This document shows, in pieces, positions 62,077 through 64,000 of a stretch of 64,000 nucleotides of DNA. Positions within the stretch are counted from its first letter, which is position 1; every line of letters starts with the position of its first letter. The position numbers and the translations under genes were made by a program. The notes below the pieces were generated by a model. That model was not told where the DNA came from. It ran no database searches and saw only the letters and a list, made by a program, of their open reading frames with translations. Where the stretch lies: assembly GCA_043228905.1 (NCBI GenBank), contig JBHGNT010000004.1:9610001-9674000 (forward strand). Direction: 5' to 3'. Origin of the DNA: Azolla caroliniana. Taxonomy: Eukaryota; Plantae; Polypodiophyta.

Positions 62077-62745
62077 ATTCGGTTTTGGTTGACGAAGCTC
62101 GGTTCGGAGTTGACTGGGAACCTTGTTGGAGTGCAGTCGGTTGGCTCACCCGATATCGTTCTAGTCGGATTTGAACCCGAGTCGGTTCGGCTTCGGATGT
62201 ATTGTTGAACTTGCTCGAATTGACTCCGGTAACTTGAGGGACAGAACCGACTGGTCTTCCCGAATGTCGCTGAGTCGGAGTGAGCCCGGTTCGCTTCGGA
62301 TATGTATGCCGAATGCCGATTATTGAAACCGATTATCTGGACCGATTCGGCTTCGGGTGACTGCAGCGACGAGAGAGACGGATCCGACTGATCCTCCCGA
62401 ATGTCGATCAGCCAGATGAAGCACGAATTTGGATTGTTGTCAAAGTTGCACAAGGGGATTTCACCTCGAGCGGTTACGATCACAAGGGACAGAGTACAAC
62501 CTGCTGGCTTACTCCAAGCAAGGGGATCTAACGCGATGAGGTGCAAACCTCGTTTTTGTTCTTCTTCTCTCTTTCTTCGAATGACGCAGGAAACCGAATG
62601 CAGAGACGACGGCCGACAGCGGATTGAAGGACCGACTACTGTGCAGGCTCTGATACCAGATGTTGTAAGAAATGTCGTCAGTGCGGAAGATCTTGAAGCA
62701 CTCGATTCCTGTTTATTCCCTGCGTATGACAGAATGTAGGTCGTT

Positions 62746-63342
62746 AGCAGATTTATGCACAATCCTGGCCGATCGCATTGGAACGCAGTCAAGCATGTGT
62801 TCAGATATCTGGCTGGCACAAAAGACCATGGCATTCTTTTCGGACCGAACCGAACCTCAGGCGTAGTCGGTTACACCGACTCGGACTTCGCCGGCTGTAT
62901 AGACAGTCGGAAATCAACAACCGGATACTGCTTCAAATTCGGCAATGGAGCAATCTCGTGGAAGTCGAAACTTCAGGAGTGCACAGCGACCTCAACGACC
63001 GAAGTAGAATATGTAGCTGCGTCCGACGCAGCAAAAGAAGCTTTGTGGCTCGGTCGGCTGGCGCACACGTTTCGACAAGTCGAACATGACTCGGCTCCAG
63101 TTGTCTACAGCGACAGTCAAGGTGCTGTTGCCTTGTCGAAAAATCCGGTTCACCACAATGCCTCCAAACATATCGACGTTCGATATCACTTCGTTCGGGA
63201 CTGCGTCATTTCAGGGAAAATCGGTCTAGAGAAAATATCCACAACCGATAATGTCGCAGATGGAATGACCAAATGTCTCTCGGCAGACCGTTTTCGGTCT
63301 CTTCGGCATCAGATGGGCGTAACGACAAACCAGTCCGGTTAG
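62746..63342 (+). CDS. Copia RT end + RNase H (non-inverted remainder of the polyprotein)
   Basis: SRFMHNPGRSHW...GYTDSDFAG...YSDSQGA...KHIDVRYHF...ADGMTK. Confidence 0.9.
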   Translation, partial: SRFMHNPGRSHWNAVKHVFRYLAGTKDHGILFGPNRTSGVVGYTDSDFAGCIDSRKSTTGYCFKFGNGAISWKSKLQECTATSTTEVEYVAASDAAKEALWLGRLAHTFRQVEHDSAPVVYSDSQGAVALSKNPVHHNASKHIDVRYHFVRDCVISGKIGLEKISTTDNVADGMTKCLSADRFRSLRHQMGVTTNQSG

Positions 63343-64000
63343 AGTCGGACACAGAGCAGGATGGTTCCCGACAACCGACATCAGCTCCTTAATGATCGGC
63401 TTCAACTGTTCCGACCCGACCAGTTCGGTCTTCTGTCTTCGGATCCTGCCGACTCGAACAAAGCTGATATGTCCGAGAACCTAAGTCTATACCTGTAATC
63501 TTAGATAACCCATGTATACGCCCATTACGGGGGAGTGTCGAATACATGTGTATAATGGACGTATTCACACCATCCCGTTTCGGCCATTTATGTAATTAGC
63601 ATAAAGGGTAGTTGCCCTAAGTCGGTCACTATATATAGTGACCTTGTAACCTCTTTGTGAGGTTGGGTGTTGTATTATTGCTTTGTGAAATAAAGAGTCT
63701 TTTGTGTCTCTCTCTCTCTCTCTCTCTCTCTGTGCAACGACCTACATTCTGTCATACGCAGGGAATAAACAGGAATCGAGTGCTTCAAGATCTTCCGCAC
63801 TGACGACATTGCTTACAACAACTTCCGGATTGCTTCTTTATCCGGTTCCGCTTCGATTCCGTCCGGTTGCAGTAAGTAAGGTGATACCGCTTCGGCAACG
63901 TCAATTTCGAATAGGGGTACAATCTTCGGGTTCTCCTTCAAGTACTGATCTTCTTCTTCATCTGCGAATCCTTCCAGCATATTGATGCACTCCGCATATA

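Larger units (their letters stand above)
58474..63820 (+). mobile_element. Ty1/Copia element 5 with a large internal inversion
   Basis: Intact 3' LTR at 63536-63820 with PPT, and a rearranged 5' LTR starting at 58474. TSD ACTCC/ACTTC. The block 58698-62745 is inverted relative to the LTRs and RNase H. Confidence 0.9.
54477..64000 (-). mobile_element. Degenerate Gypsy element F (RT, RH, INT, extra ORF), interrupted by Copia 5 and continuing past the window end
   Basis: RVCVDYRKLN, FLDGFSGYNQI, FLDDF, YYASRKL and WGLDFVGP...ISDQG. The pol frame resumes after 63825. Confidence 0.88.

Noticed and set aside
62073-62834. 253-aa ORF upstream of Copia 5 gag
   Set aside because: It spans the inversion junction, LTR, PBS and leader, has no recognisable motifs, and is broken in the relative Copia 3.

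Overview
This is eukaryotic, almost certainly land-plant DNA (bryophyte-like by inference). It has no host genes and consists of nested transposable elements. The standout is a complete 9.3-kb cut-and-paste DNA transposon at 1362-10695, with 36-bp TIRs and a GACA target duplication. It encodes a Sola1/DUF7869-type DDD transposase on the + strand. Divergently, on the - strand, it encodes a six-exon protein that fuses a ParB/Srx-like domain to a bacterial-type beta-class amino (m6A/m4C) DNA methyltransferase. The first intron of that gene holds an array of 12 palindromes with a ~51-bp period, and some units are inverted. The rest of the window holds an old Ty3/Gypsy element (1195-~36159) with four insertions, one of which contains a young intact Gypsy with apparently identical LTRs. 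There are also further Gypsy and Copia copies, one Copia with a large internal inversion, and two L1 3' ends. The LTRs of the fungal-like Gypsy elements A-D carry antisense tRNA-like A/B-box cassettes. All coordinates were read by eye and may be off by a few bases, and the domain calls rest on motif recognition, not database searches.
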